Shown here: piece after piece, positions 13,150 through 25,299 of the stretch | Layout of the letters: every line of letters starts with the position of its first letter | Position numbering within the stretch: position 1 is the first letter of the stretch | From: Klebsormidium nitens | Taxonomy: Eukaryota > Plantae > Klebsormidiophyceae | Reading direction: 5' to 3' | Length of the DNA: 64,000 bases | NCBI GenBank assembly: GCA_000708835.1 | Contig: DF237033.1 | Coordinates: 1-64,000, forward strand | The notes under the pieces: model-generated | The model's input: the letters and a program-made list of their open reading frames with translations, nothing else | Database searches by the model: none | What the model was told of the DNA's origin: nothing | Position numbers and translations under genes: made by a program

Positions 13150-15400
13150 AGAAGGGGGAGAAGTAATAAGATTCTAGCAGACAACAGCCAACTGGACAAG
13201 ATAGAACAACGAGGCTCCCGAGAGACCGAGCGGAGTCGAAAATAGGGGGCCGGTGTACAATCTAAAGAAGGCTTTCTATGATCCATCCCATATTTGCAAC
13301 CCAGATACATTGTGCGGGGTTTGAAAAAGCAGATGATCGAAGCATTCGAATACTTCGGCGGCGACTTTGAAGTGAATGCACCTGCTTTGAGGCCGCTACG
13401 ATCCCAACGGGCGACAGGCGCTTGTATCGCCAAGTGGGGCGACCTGGCTTTGAGTTGGTTAACGATCCTCAATCTTTCCTGCTCCAGAGACGGAGGCATC
13501 GATTAGGGGCACACGGGAGCTGTTAAGAGATCGATCACCAGGAGTACAGACGAGCGAGGCACCAAGCGAAGAGGTCGCTTTGCAAAGGCGTGCTCTGAAG
13601 ACAAGTTACAAGCAAAGGACGCAACGACCAGCAGTTTCGCAGAAAAGCATGGATGCAAAGGGAACGACATTCGAGGCGCCAAGAACATGGCTGCACACGG
13701 CTGACTCTCACGTCAATGATGGGGTCCTCGACGCAAATTCGGCTTAGTTATATTACGCGACCAAAGTTGCTGATATGGGCAATATGAGGACGGCCGCAAC
13801 GCTTGTTGGCCCCTTTCGGCAGGAAACACACTCAAGCGAGCACTACATGGAAGTAAGCTGGACGCCAAGCCGACATTTTAACTCGGAACATAGGTTACCC
13901 GTCTCACGGGCTTCGTTTGAAAGGCACCTTCATTGAAGCGTCACTGTTGCGAAGCTCAAGGACATGTTGGCTTTGATCTGTTTTTCAGGTCTCCTCTTCG
14001 ATGGAAATGCTGTACGCAGCAAACGCTGGCCCATTTAAGCTGACAAGGAGGATTTAGATCTACACAAGCTAAAGCATTCCGAAGTCGTTGCCCAAAAGTG
14101 TCGCCTACCTAGTCGCTTGTTCGCAGGGCCACCGTAAGCAACGGGTCCAGTCTTGGTAGATTTGGCAGCCGGAACGGACCTCCGACGGACTGAACGCCAA
14201 CGGAATGGACGCTGGAGGTGCTCCTCCTTCATCATCTGCAAAAGAGAAGGTGAAGGCGCTCATGAACCCGCAACATATGTCAGAGCAACAAAGGCTGACG
14301 CAACGGCGTGAAGTAGGTCCGATCGGCGAAAGACATAGGAGTCCATCCTCGGAAATGGATACCCAAAAGAGGCCCTGAGCATAGGAAGCGGAACAGGGCA
14401 TCAAGGGCGTCGTCGATCGGGAAGGGTGTATTGCCCAGGTGCAGTGTGTTTTCCCCAATACAAGCATGGTCAAAAGGACCTAACACCAAAACCTGGGATT
14501 AATGCCACGCTGGCGGTTTCTCGACCCCCAGCCCTCTCCGATCCACGCTGACTTCAGGCACGAGACGAGCTTTCCGAGTCCAGTGTAGTTATAGGTTTCA
14601 GCGACCCAGCATGAGCTCATTATCAGCCGCGCCAGTATGTCAGATTCGTTTGAAACAAAAGCCTTCAAGCAGGGGTGCATATGTATGTCTGCAACAGCCC
14701 TCATGTCTTCTTGCTTCAGAATAAAGAGGTCGAACCAGGACGGAAAAATAAGGCACACATGGAAAGGATTGCCTAAACCACAGCCGTTCCTTATTGCACG
14801 CCGATCCAGACCTCCAATTGGAGGAGTACTGGGGACAGCAAGTGTGACTGACTGCTTCACCGTTGCAGACAGTCAAAAACCAGGCAGCGTCTCAAGATTT
14901 AATGTAGTAATTGGAGTGCCGATGCCTGGTGGCCCTCCAGTAACAGCACTTCATGGACTTCCACGCCCATCTTTAAGCTCATCATTGCCACAATGAGAAA
15001 CTCCTGAGAAAGGGTCAGGTTCGTCAAACTCACAACCTCCAAAAGATACGTATATGACTACGAAACTCTGAGCATTGAGAAACGAGTGCAAACAGTGTGC
15101 CCCGCACCGGACCCCTTTTGCCACAATCACCGTTGCTTAGACCGAAACTTCCACCATTTTCTGCAAACAATGACAGCATCAGCGCTCTTCGAGTTTGTCA
15201 AGCGATGGGCCCTGACCGGGCGCAGAATCTGCATCATTGCTCGTCAGAACCTGGTCACAGCAATCGGAAGACAGAGGCGCTTCCAATAACCACCGCTGCT
15301 GGGAAGACCAGAAGGAACCGCTGCGCAAGGCGGTGCTGCATTTTAATCCATAAGCACAGCTTGGGGTTCAACAACAGACAATAGATCTATCAATGAGCGC
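13150..15400 (-). mobile_element. Decayed CRE-like non-LTR retrotransposon (RT + restriction-like endonuclease)
   Basis: GKRGPVRGTLFAL (QGDPLG..LFAL-like, ~15100), PPIGG (LGxPIG-like, ~14820), ILARLIMSSC (~14620), FDHAC (~14470), SEHAFA (CCHC remnant, ~13590), KSPPKY...FFKP...LG (RLE motif, ~13300-13370). Confidence 0.55.
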
Positions 15401-18400
15401 ATAAAAGTCAAGCAAGCATTGATGGCGTCAAGAGATCTAAGCATCTGAGTCATCTAAATTTTGAACCCGGGCTTCCCAAGAATCATTGCCTGGGGGACTG
15501 CTACCTTGAAACCATTACACCGCCATCTAGACGGCCGAGCCATGATGGACCACTAGTTAGCAGTCAAACCTGTAAGCGAGCTGATTTAATTCAGAAAGAG
15601 CGACCCAAGTATGAGAAGTGCGACCGCATAATGGAACTACTGCACATTTAATCTGTAAATGCTACCATGAAGCATGGAGACCAAAAGGCTAGAAGGACGA
15701 CTAGCGCCAATAGTAACGTTCATCCCAGCAGCACCGCTGAGTGAGAGGTGACAGCTAAACAGCAATAGAATCTTCCTTTTTTGTAAGCTTAACAGTTGGT
15801 ATGGCGCACAATATGGGTGGTGCAGAAGTAATAAGCAACACCAGACCTTTGTCTTAAAAAAAACTGGTGTCAAAAGGAAAGCATAAACATACCATGCGCA
15901 AGGAAGGACTTGCGCGAGCTGTGAAGAATGTGCTTCCACGCCTACTCGATGCATCTGCCCGTAGATGTTTCCCCATAATGTGACGAGCTGCAAGCAAACG
16001 GGGGTGTAAGACAGAGAGTTAGGTGGTGTCACAGTTTGGCGCGTGATTGACAAGGCGGCAGGCTCTGTCCGTAAGCTTCAAGCAATTGTGTGAGAGGGCT
16101 TTCAGGTCCCGACTGCGGACTGAGGGACTGTCCTTGCCGTGCACTGTGAACACGTGACAGCCCTTGCGAGGCCAGCAAATTTCTTCTTCACTTCAGAGTT
16201 GACAAATTGATTGCAAACATAAACAGACTTCTTCTAGGCAGTCCTGCATTCTGCACTTCATACAATTGTACAAAACCCCTGACAGCGCACTGCCAGGACA
16301 AGCATGTATTCCGTTACTGCATTCATTTCAATACAACAGATACTGATTCTTCTGGCGCATGAAGAAACAGTATGGCGCATTGGCAGAGAGCACACCACTT
16401 CCCAAAAATTATCTTACATCCCCATCTTAAGGAACAGGCATGCACTGCTGCAACCAAAAGCACCACTCCAAGCAAGATTGTGGTGATGAATTCTGTCAGC
16501 TCTCAAACCGATCATGCAGTGTTGATGCTCTATCCTATGATCTATCGACAATTTTAGAAAAGGCGATGAAGATCTGCTGTTGGGAAGATGCAATCAACCC
16601 AGCTGTCTGGTACACTTACATCATTTGGAGCTGCTAATTTGGTGCCCAATCAAAGCTCAAAAAGAATGTCTGCTTGAGTCGCATTCAAGTGACCATGTGC
16701 AACGCCTCATGACAGGATACTTCACAATCCCAACACCACACTTGCTGCTGGATCTCACAGATGCTCGTAGAGCATGGCTAGCAACGAGCAGAATGCACAG
16801 AAGCAGGGCCAGACAGCAGAGAAGAATTCGTCAGACAAGAGCTTAATGCACGACGGATGACGAGGATTTCAACACATGCAGAGCAACCGTGCAGAAAGGG
16901 TTGCAAGATGGAACTGACCTGCTAAATTGCAGTGGATTAACCTTTTGCGCCAAACCTCCCCCCCACCCCCCCACTCCTTGGTCCTGCCCCAAAGGGTTCG
17001 CTGGCTTAGACCTCTGGCCATACTCTCCACCCAATGCGCTTCAGAACCCGAGAACAAAGTTGCTTCTCTGGTCTCCCAGGCACACAACCACTGAAAGCCC
17101 CCTTCGAAGGAAGACCACTCTACTTTCAACGACTCCCGCACACAATGTTTAAACCTTTACATTGCCGCTTGCCGGAAAACCGCTGCCTAGAAGCTCGAGC
17201 TGCTTCAGGAACACCTGCGATCACAGCTGCCATGGCACCATGCCAATAAAGCTATTGGGAGGGTGGATAAAAGGGAGCCTCACCAAGGAGCTGATAAACT
17301 TAAAGCTGGCGTGAAGCTGAAGAGGAGCGATGCCAGAAACTGCAAATTGCAATTCAAACCTGGGCAATCCCTCTCAGTCTGCTCTGAAAATTGCCAGCCT
17401 GAAGAGATCTGATAGCAACTTATCGACGGTTGTCATCTCTTAAAATGTCATATGGCCTCGATTGGACGGCTCAAAAGTCTTCCGAAGCGACAGAGCTTGG
17501 TTAAGTGACTAACCAGAAGTTGGTTTGGGATATGCAGGGAAGACAAAGTCTGCGTAGCTCACACAGATCTATCCAGAGTCAAACTCAGAGAGGAGAGGAG
17601 AGTCCACAGTCAGGGAGTCGCGTCAATGCAGTACTTAGCAGCAGCAGAAGGTCTGGGGTCTTGTGGCCACGGGCATACGAAAGAAGGTGCACAAAGTGAG
17701 TTTCTGAGAAACTGACAGGGCCTGATTCAGCCGAGCAGAGCGGCAGCGGCCTGTATTCCTTATGAGGGCCCAATATGCCGGCCCTCAACCGAGACTTGCG
17801 TATACAATTAGGAGACTGAGGATGATAACAAGGTTGATGGATGGCTGCGTCTGATCCCGAATTCGGTACTTGGTGCTGAAGATAATTGCAGAATTTGTAG
17901 GGGTTGAGGAGGATGCGAAAGCTGTGGGGCCAGGGGGAGCGGCGACAGGGGAGGGAGGTGCAGCAGACATGGGGAGGACAGCCGGGGCAGCAGGGCAGGG
18001 CTGCAACAGGTGGCGCTGTCCCTGCTGAAGTGCCAATGCGTAAAGAGACGGCCACGCGATCAGTTTGAGAAAACTTTGGTTCAGATACGTTCGTCTTGGA
18101 GGCAGGGTTTGAGTTTGGGTGATCGTACGCCGTCTTTCAGCTTAGCATCGGGTTCCTGTTTGTACGAGTCCTCAATGTTTCAGACGTCTGCGCAGTAGGG
18201 AGATGCGCAGTTTCGGAAGCAGCATACTGTAATGATCGATTCCTCGCACTGATTAGTACCGACACGCCGGCGTGCAATAAAGTGGCGGGAAGGGACAGCA
18301 TCTCATGCTACTACTTGCACCTTCAAGGGCCACCACTGTCCTGGCGCAAAATCAAAGAAGGAAATGCAATGCTGCGGGTACACTCATTCGAGCCTGCAGA

Positions 18401-19100
18401 CGACCACGTCGAAGGGAAGGTCAAATCCAGGAGTTCGAAGAATGGTCGCAGAGCACCACTACTGGTGCATTGAAATGCAAGGTCAGTCTGTGGACATCTG
18501 CGGTTCCTGAGAAAGGACTTTGTCGGAGACACAAGCAGAGACTTTTGGCCACATGCTTTGTCGGATTAACCACCTTCAGCTGAGTTACGGGCCGTTGTAA
18601 CCCGGCTGACTGACCTGGAGAGATGATCACATTTCTGCCTGGTACAAACGTATCTGTCACAGTGGAAAGCTGAGGACGGTTCAGATTCTATTCTGGGGGC
18701 TCTACTTCCACCAAGCTGACCTCAAGCTTTTTTGATGATTAATCAAGGCGTCGGTCAGAGCTTGAAGCGGAATACTCAGCCAAAGGCAGTCTGCAGTACT
18801 CATGTGTTCTTTCTTGCTCATAACAATCTTGAAAGTTGACCGCTTCCTCCCCAAAAGCCCCGGTGCTTCGAGGCCCGCTCCTGCCTGGACTAGGTCCAGT
18901 ATTATCATTTGACTCTTTGCCACTGAACTCTATTCCGTAATGATCAACCTTTGACCTCTCCTGCCCCAAACGTCGGAAGCCCTCCGGCTGGAAGCGCCCC
19001 CACCGGAAGTCCCATCGTTCCTGGGCCTGCTCCTTCCGGGAATAGTTCCAGTAAGATCAATAGACCTTTATTGCTTGATCGCTAGCCGTCGTTTCCAAAT
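15400..19100 (-). mobile_element. Decayed tyrosine-recombinase retrotransposon (Ngaro/DIRS-like): gag-like, RT, RNase H, possible YR
   Basis: Minus ORF 17585-18055 contains NPYKFCNYLQH...RLRAGILGPH...HFVHLLSYARG, resembling the Ngaro/DIRS RT (GRixGPF; RxIxHLSxPxG). It is followed by weak DAS-GxG and CPVxAL/PLF-like remnants. The YR catalytic motif is not clearly readable. Confidence 0.45.
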
Positions 19101-19249
19101 TACTTAAGCGAGGCGCAGCGGCCTTTGCGCACCCTGAAGCACGCTGAGCGCAAGACCCTCTCCGAGCGCGCTCCGCTGAAAACTTCCCCCAGGTGAGGTG
19201 AGCAGGCAGTATACTTTTCCGGGTTGTGTACCATCGAGGATTGGGTGCA

Positions 19250-20250
19250 TTAAAAGGTAAATTCTTCGTCCCGTTTCATCCTTACGGGACGATTCGCATG
19301 CTGCAGCTTGGGAGCATTGCGGCTGGCAATGATGCAAGTCCCTGAGGTAGAGGAGAACATTCTAAAGCCAGCATCTCGCCATAAGACGATGATGACTTCC
19401 AAACGTGCGTTGCAATTCTCAGGACTTTCCTGCCGGTGTATCTTTGCCCTTCAATGTGCATTCGTTGTTTGTCACTAGCACGATACGATTGAGGCGCGAA
19501 ATACGGCCACCTCAGAATTTGTGAGTCTTCAGGATTCTGGCTAGAGAGGCGAGTCGGCGAATGCAAGTAGATCGTTAAGGTAGGTTGAGTTTGGAGTTTC
19601 TGCCAGATAGAGCTGGGGTTGGTCATCAGTTCTTGAAACGGCTGCTCGTAGCTCTGGTAGATTCCACAAGCAACCAGCTTACCCAGAAGAATTTCTCAAC
19701 GCGGTCAGCACTGTGTCAAGGTCGATGAGCCTGTTCCTCTCGGCACAGGCTGATCAATAGGAGAGTGCTTTGTTCTTGGATCTGGTCCAGATGATGGCAC
19801 GTCGGTTGATTTGTTGTCTAGTGTCTTAATCAATACTCTACTTCACTTTCCCCCCGTAGAGATAGGCGCTTTGAAATTTCGGGTAGCATGGACTAGAGGA
19901 ACGGTGGCTTACCTTAAGCTAGTGCGAGGGTGCCGTACAACTGGATAGGGGGAAATGTCATCACTGATCAGACGTAGAGGGACCCGATTCGGTAGCACCG
20001 ATTCGTCTGTCAGCTCAGACAACGGTTATGCCTTGCAAAATCTACACTGTGTGATTCGAAAAGGTATGAATTTGGCGTTTGAGGTCGTTGAGAACTGGAT
20101 CTTTGTTCAGCTAAGCACGTTAAGCATTTAGGTAATGCTTGCGTCAAGACCAAGAGGTTGACAACGAGGAGCGCAAACTTAGGAGCAACCTTACGTCCCA
20201 CCTCTTTATAATTGGAAGGAAGCATAACCACGTACGATACTGTTGACGGC
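19250..20250 (-). mobile_element. Decayed Ty1/Copia-like RT remnant
   Basis: Minus-strand FQSAYLYG (~19860), NKAL (~19775), YLNDLL (YVDD-like, ~19570), GQRYTGRKVLR (SQxxYxxKVL-like, ~19420), in the correct order. Confidence 0.55.
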
Positions 20251-21560
20251 CGCGCTGCGCCCGGTCGCGGTCAGGCTAAGTTTAGGCAAACTCGAAAGGG
20301 AATCTAGATGGGCAGATCATGTGTGTGTGCATGTACTCAGGGCCGCCACGGTCTGAGTCTGGCACGTGGAATTGGTCACCTGATCCACGAGTCAGGATCA
20401 TGCCATGATGGTGAACGACTAGACAATTTGGAATGAACGCGGCGCCCCGGCCCGCTCAGTCATTGAAGTTGAGTTGTTGGTTATCAAGTTTCAGTGACTA
20501 CTGAAATACCTTCGAATCAGAGATAGCGAGCTTACTTGCATGAAGATACCTGGGATGCATCACTGATCGCATATAACTTCGATGCAAATACTAAGTTCAA
20601 CTTACTGATTCAATGTGCACAAAATGGTAGTGCCAGCTGCCAGTGCGGTACCGTAACGTACAGCTGCCGGCCCGCGCGGCGCGGCCAGCAACTCAACTTC
20701 TTAAATTAAACCTTATGCAATAGCAAACATTGAAAGTTGCGGCATATTCGATGCATGTTCGATCGCTAGTCATCCGACGTTGTTGACATGATCGCGATAT
20801 GCATGCCATATGATCATTGCAGCAAGTTAAGAATTTCAATTAATTGACCTATCACACGTACCGTCCGGGCCGCGCCTGCAACGATGCGGCCGGCTGTGCA
20901 CGTACCGTAATTGACACTTCGTCTAGATATCATTATGATCATCAGGACGTATCATTCTTAGTTTTTCGATAAATCAAGATTGAATCATGGGAGTATACGT
21001 TCTGAAAATATTGACGAATCTTTAAGTTGGAATTGTGTTACGAACCGTACTATATATGGAACCTGGGCCGGGGCTCGCTAACTTAGTAACCACTGAGCGG
21101 CCTCACCGCGGCAGCCATGCACCATGATCGGACTTCAAATCAGCCTGCGGCACTGAGCTAGAGGGCCCGACGCCCGCGATAATCAGACGAGCTGATATCT
21201 TCAGCTTGGCTTGCAATGATGATAAAGCCACAAACTTGAGATGATTTACTGATACATGAGTGTAGCCCAGGTCCGACAGTAAGGACGCATTTTTACATGT
21301 GCAGGCCGCCCGGCTTTGCATCATGCAAATGTGCTTCGCAGAAACCGTTTATCTCGGGTCCGTGTCTCTAAGTAGACGGTTATCTTTCGAGTACCAATAT
21401 CAAACTTGATCAATCTCGGGATTGAGAGCTCATCTCCCATTCAAAACGGGCCAGTATGTCGAGCTTTGCTATGTGCGCTGTACTGGGCGGTCACGCATGC
21501 CCATGATAACCTAGCTGGTCACTACTATTCAATAAATGGTTGAAACCGCACCCATTGCCG
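20247..21560. other. 3'-flank island of the sugar transporter with periodic GC-rich clusters
   Basis: CG/GGCC-rich clusters at ~20255, 20447, 20676, 20875, 21070 and 21308, separated by AT-richer, palindrome-rich DNA. Confidence 0.55.
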
Positions 21561-21566
21561 CCCATC

Positions 21567-24500
21567 TTATTTACTGTTGCCCATCAACGGCTGCTTCTCT
21601 TGCATCTCACTCACTGCAAGCGCCGGCGCCTTCTGGGCTTTGATCTTCTGCTGCACCCACCCGTAAAACGTGCAGCCCACAATCGTCACCAAACAACCCA
21701 CCCAGCTTAACCAGCCCATCGGGTTCCGGAAAATCATCCACGAAATGATGATTGCCAACGCCACTTTGAGATTCCCCGCCACGTTGAACGTCACCGCTGA
21801 CGTGGCCTGGATGACGTAGAAGAGCGAGAAGTTGAGGCAGAACGCCAGGGATCCCCCGACCAGGATCACCGTCAGCGGCAGCGCGATGTTGTCCTGCTCC
21901 GCCGCCCAGGCGCTGACGTCAGCGCCCTCGTAGAAGAGCGCGGGGAGGATGAGCAGCGCGGTCGAGTAGGGGGCCATGTAGTACACCGTGTTGATGCTGT
22001 CGAACGCGTACTTGCCCTGCAGAACCGAAGCTGACGTCAGCACTGTGGGGTTTATGAAAAAGAAGCTAACGTCAGCACTTTGGGTTGCATAGAAACTTGG
22101 GTTCTGATTTTCCAGAAGGAAAACCAAGGGAAGAATCTTCGAAGAGCGCGGTCGAGTAGGGGGCCATTTAGTACACCGGGCTCGATGGAGTCGAACGCCC
22201 ATTTGCTTTGCAGATGGGAAGCTGACGGCAGGATGTTGCGCTCCGGAAGCTGACGTCAGCAATTGCGATTTAGGAGCGACGAGGTTCTGGTGTTGCGACC
22301 CAAGAAAACGGGGATGAGAATGTGGTCGAGTAAAGGGTCATGTAGCCGATCGTGCTGAAGGACTCGAAAGCGTTCTTGCCCTGCGAAACTGAAGCTGACA
22401 TCAGAATTTGCTGGCTCAGGCGGCGAGGAAGCCAGTCCGCGCCGAAATCCGCTGAAGTTTCTGCTAACGGAATACCGCACCGAAGGCGATAGCAGAGAGA
22501 ATCCACGAAAGAAATGCTTTCCTGGAGCAGCGCTTCTGCCATGATGTTGGAAGTCGACGTCGTAAGTCATATGGCCACTGCAGCAATGGTTCCAGTCCGT
22601 TTGGAACTCCGCTGATCGAGCCTCTGAGAAGGAAGCTCTGAACCAAAGGCATTAGGCATAAAGAAAAGCACGTGCTTTTGCTTACTTGCAGCAGCGCTTC
22701 CGCCATGATATTGGACGTCGACGTCGTGAGGCAGGCGGCCAGGGCGAAGAATCCGGTTCGCTCGGACTTCCGCTGAGACGATACTCGGACCGGAAAATGG
22801 AAGGCAATAAACAAGCAGAAAAGCAGATGCTTTGCTCACTTGCAGCAGCGCTTCCGCCATGATGTTGGACGTCGACGTCGTGAGGCAGGCGGCGAGGGCG
22901 GTGAGGAAGCCGGTCCAGTTGAAGCTCAGCTCCGCGACAGTCGTCAGCACGACGCCGAACACGATCGGAATGAGCGCCAAGTAGACGAGGCTGTCGAATT
23001 TGCGGCCCCACACCGCGCGCTGAAGGATCACTGCAAATGGAATGTTTGGCAGATGGTTGAAAGCAAGTACGTGCAAAGGAGGAGGTTGAAAGGCAGACAC
23101 AAACGAAATGTACTCAATACAGCTGGCTGTCGTAGTTGCAAACCACATCAGGCGCTGTAAGGACCAATTCAAGAAGAAAGATATAACGGGGTCGAGCTAT
23201 CTGAAAATTCAATCTGCAAATTACTGAGGAAAGACAGAAGTGCAGATCAGGGGTCATGATTAGAAGAGATGCGCGGCAGAGCACACTTTTAAATGTTCTA
23301 AGTCTAGAGTAGTCGCCGGAGGATCCTTGCAATAAATCAGGAAGTGAATAACGAGTGGCTTGCTGATGATGACCGTTGTCGAACGGAGGAGGATGAGCGG
23401 ACAGACTTCAAGCCGTCAATACGAGGCCCGAACAAAAGGCTGAATGTTCACTGCAGAAATAAAACTCTCTTCAATCTGTGCCTGAATAAGAGGACGGCCC
23501 GGGAGACAAGCACATATAGCAAGCACTTACAACGAGAGACACAACCACCGACGAAGGCGAATACACTTGGAAATACCCCGCACAACCGGCGGCCTCCAGC
23601 CGAGGCTCAAAAAAACGTGCGCAAAAGGTGCGGATCGGTTTAATCAGCAGAAACTAAATCAGACCTTCAAAGGATGACGGAATGAAGCTGCTTTTCCTTA
23701 GAGAAGAAAACCGAAGGGGGAACAATGGGACTCACGTGTTGTCGCAGGCGTGAAGCACTTGATGGTCTGCATGAAGGAGACGGGGACGAAGCGCAGCGAC
23801 ACGTTCCCGAGCACGATGTTGAGACACGTCAGCGCCGCGACGGGCATGATGCGCACCACCTTGTCGCGCGTCGACTGGACCACGATCTCCGGCTTCAGCT
23901 TGAACACCTGCACAGTAACATGAAAGCACACACGCTGAGAGTTGTTGCCCCAAGTTACGATAATCCGCAAGCGCTCACCTTGATTGCAAGGCACACCGAC
24001 AGGCCTGCACATTTCTGTGGGGATGCCGATGGTTGCAGAGCCCATGAGGGAACACTGACCTTCGCCGTAACCGATGGTCAGCAAACGCTTACCTTGATGG
24101 TGAGGTACGCCCCGAGGGCCGACATGATGAAGTGGATCGTGGTCAGCGTGAGCGGGAACTTGAAGCCGAAGATCTGCGGAAGGAGCAGAATGAAGTCTCA
24201 GTATACAAGCAACGCACCAAATCTAAAACAGGGTAGACTTATCCTCGAACAGCCCTTGAGAAGGACTTCTTAAACTTACGAAACCATTATCAATCTGCTC
24301 AGTAGGCCTGATTGCGCTCTACGCACCTGAACAGCGCCTATGCGCTGATCTGGTCATTACATTGGCAGAACGTTTAAGGCCTAGTAGATAGCAGATTTCC
24401 TAAAGAAAGTTGATCTCCCTCAAACGTGAACATTACTACACATAGGCAAATGGAGTACGTGCTGGAAAGATGAAACTGTTGCTCTTGACCACCGCCGAGC

Positions 24501-24882
24501 CAGAGAACCACCACTGACGCAAGCTTAAGAGCTGGTGCAAATTTACTAGAGTGTTGTTCTTAACTACAATTTACAAGCCAAGAAGGAAGCGAATGACCCC
24601 ATAAGCAGACGGTATACGCACCTGGAAGATGTACTTGTTGCTGATCACGACCACCACGTTGAAAAACCACCACTGGAGCACGGACATAAGCTGGTAGAAG
24701 CTTTGCGCCGCCGCGGCCGCCTTATCCCCGCCGCCCGCACCTCGGCCCCCGGTTGCCGACACCAAGTTTTCCAGCGACCGTTTCCCGTCCATATCTAGTT
24801 GTTCCGCCTGGTCACCGGTTGGAATTGAGTGCTGTCGGGCAAGGGGGGAGGCGCCGCGGCTACTGATGCCGGGTGGAGGCAT
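21567..24882 (-). CDS. Nucleotide-sugar transporter, triose-phosphate transporter/DMT superfamily, UDP-galactose transporter 1 / GONST5-like; 5 exons, ~384 aa
   Basis: Exons (minus): 24622-24882, 24093-24173, 23736-23907, 22840-23030, 21567-22016. All introns are GT-AG with consistent phases; total 1155 nt. The translation (LQWWFFNVVVVISNKYIFQ-IFGFKFPLTLTTIHF...LGNVSLRFVPVSFMQTIK...FDSINTVYYMAP...AFCLNFSLFYVIQATSAVTFNVAGNLKVA...GCTFYG) closely follows the Arabidopsis UDP-GalT1/GONST5 sequence as I recall it. The start could alternatively be the downstream Met (MDGKR). Confidence 0.93.
22017..22839 (-). repeat. Intron 4 of the sugar transporter: two echoes of the exon-4 donor junction and two of the exon-5 acceptor junction
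   Basis: Donor echoes 22686-22765 (GTAAG intact) and 22523-22570 (GAAAG). Acceptor echoes 22320-22402 (AG intact) and 22145-22235 (CAA). Confidence 0.92.
24452..24540 (-). repeat. Degenerate echo of the exon-1 3' end in intron 1 of the sugar transporter
   Basis: Minus-strand ccagctc...cagtggtggttctc...ggtggtcaagagcaacagtttcatctttccag parallels the exon's ccagctt...cagtggtggttttt...gtggtcgtgatcagcaacaagtacatcttccag; the donor GT is lost. Confidence 0.7.
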
Positions 24883-25299
24883 GAACCGGTGAGGGGGATC
24901 TCCCTGGGTCTAGCCTAACCAGTTGATACCCAAATCCTGAATCGCTGAACCTTAAAGCGCTGTCTTGTGAGTCCTGAGCCGCGCCTTGGGAGACGCGGGC
25001 TAAAATGAGACCGGGCTTGAGAGAGCGTTCGACACCAGCTTAGTTGGAGCGGAAGTTCTTGAGCTGATTGGGCAATCGCTTAGCAGCCCTGGCTTCTTTG
25101 ACGCCCTGGACTGGGACTTTGGTCAATGGCCGAGCAGCCTCCACTTCAGCCCACCTTTTCAAAAGCGACCCCGATTTTCTGCCCCGGGTTCCCTGCTAGA
25201 GAAGCGGTTCGCTAGCTGCTGATCTCCGTCACTTTCCCGAAGGACCTTTTATGTTACCGGCAGGCAGGAACGGGACGTTTGCGCTGTTTGCGCAAGGCC

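Noticed and set aside
14225-14240. FADD as a reverse-transcriptase catalytic motif
   Set aside because: It lies downstream of the thumb-like motifs in the CRE-like element; the order is wrong, so it is probably coincidental.
627-20231. Numerous 60-160 aa ORFs in the six-frame track as host genes
   Set aside because: They lack the host GC3 codon bias and splice structure; they are explained as fragments or antisense frames of decayed retroelements.
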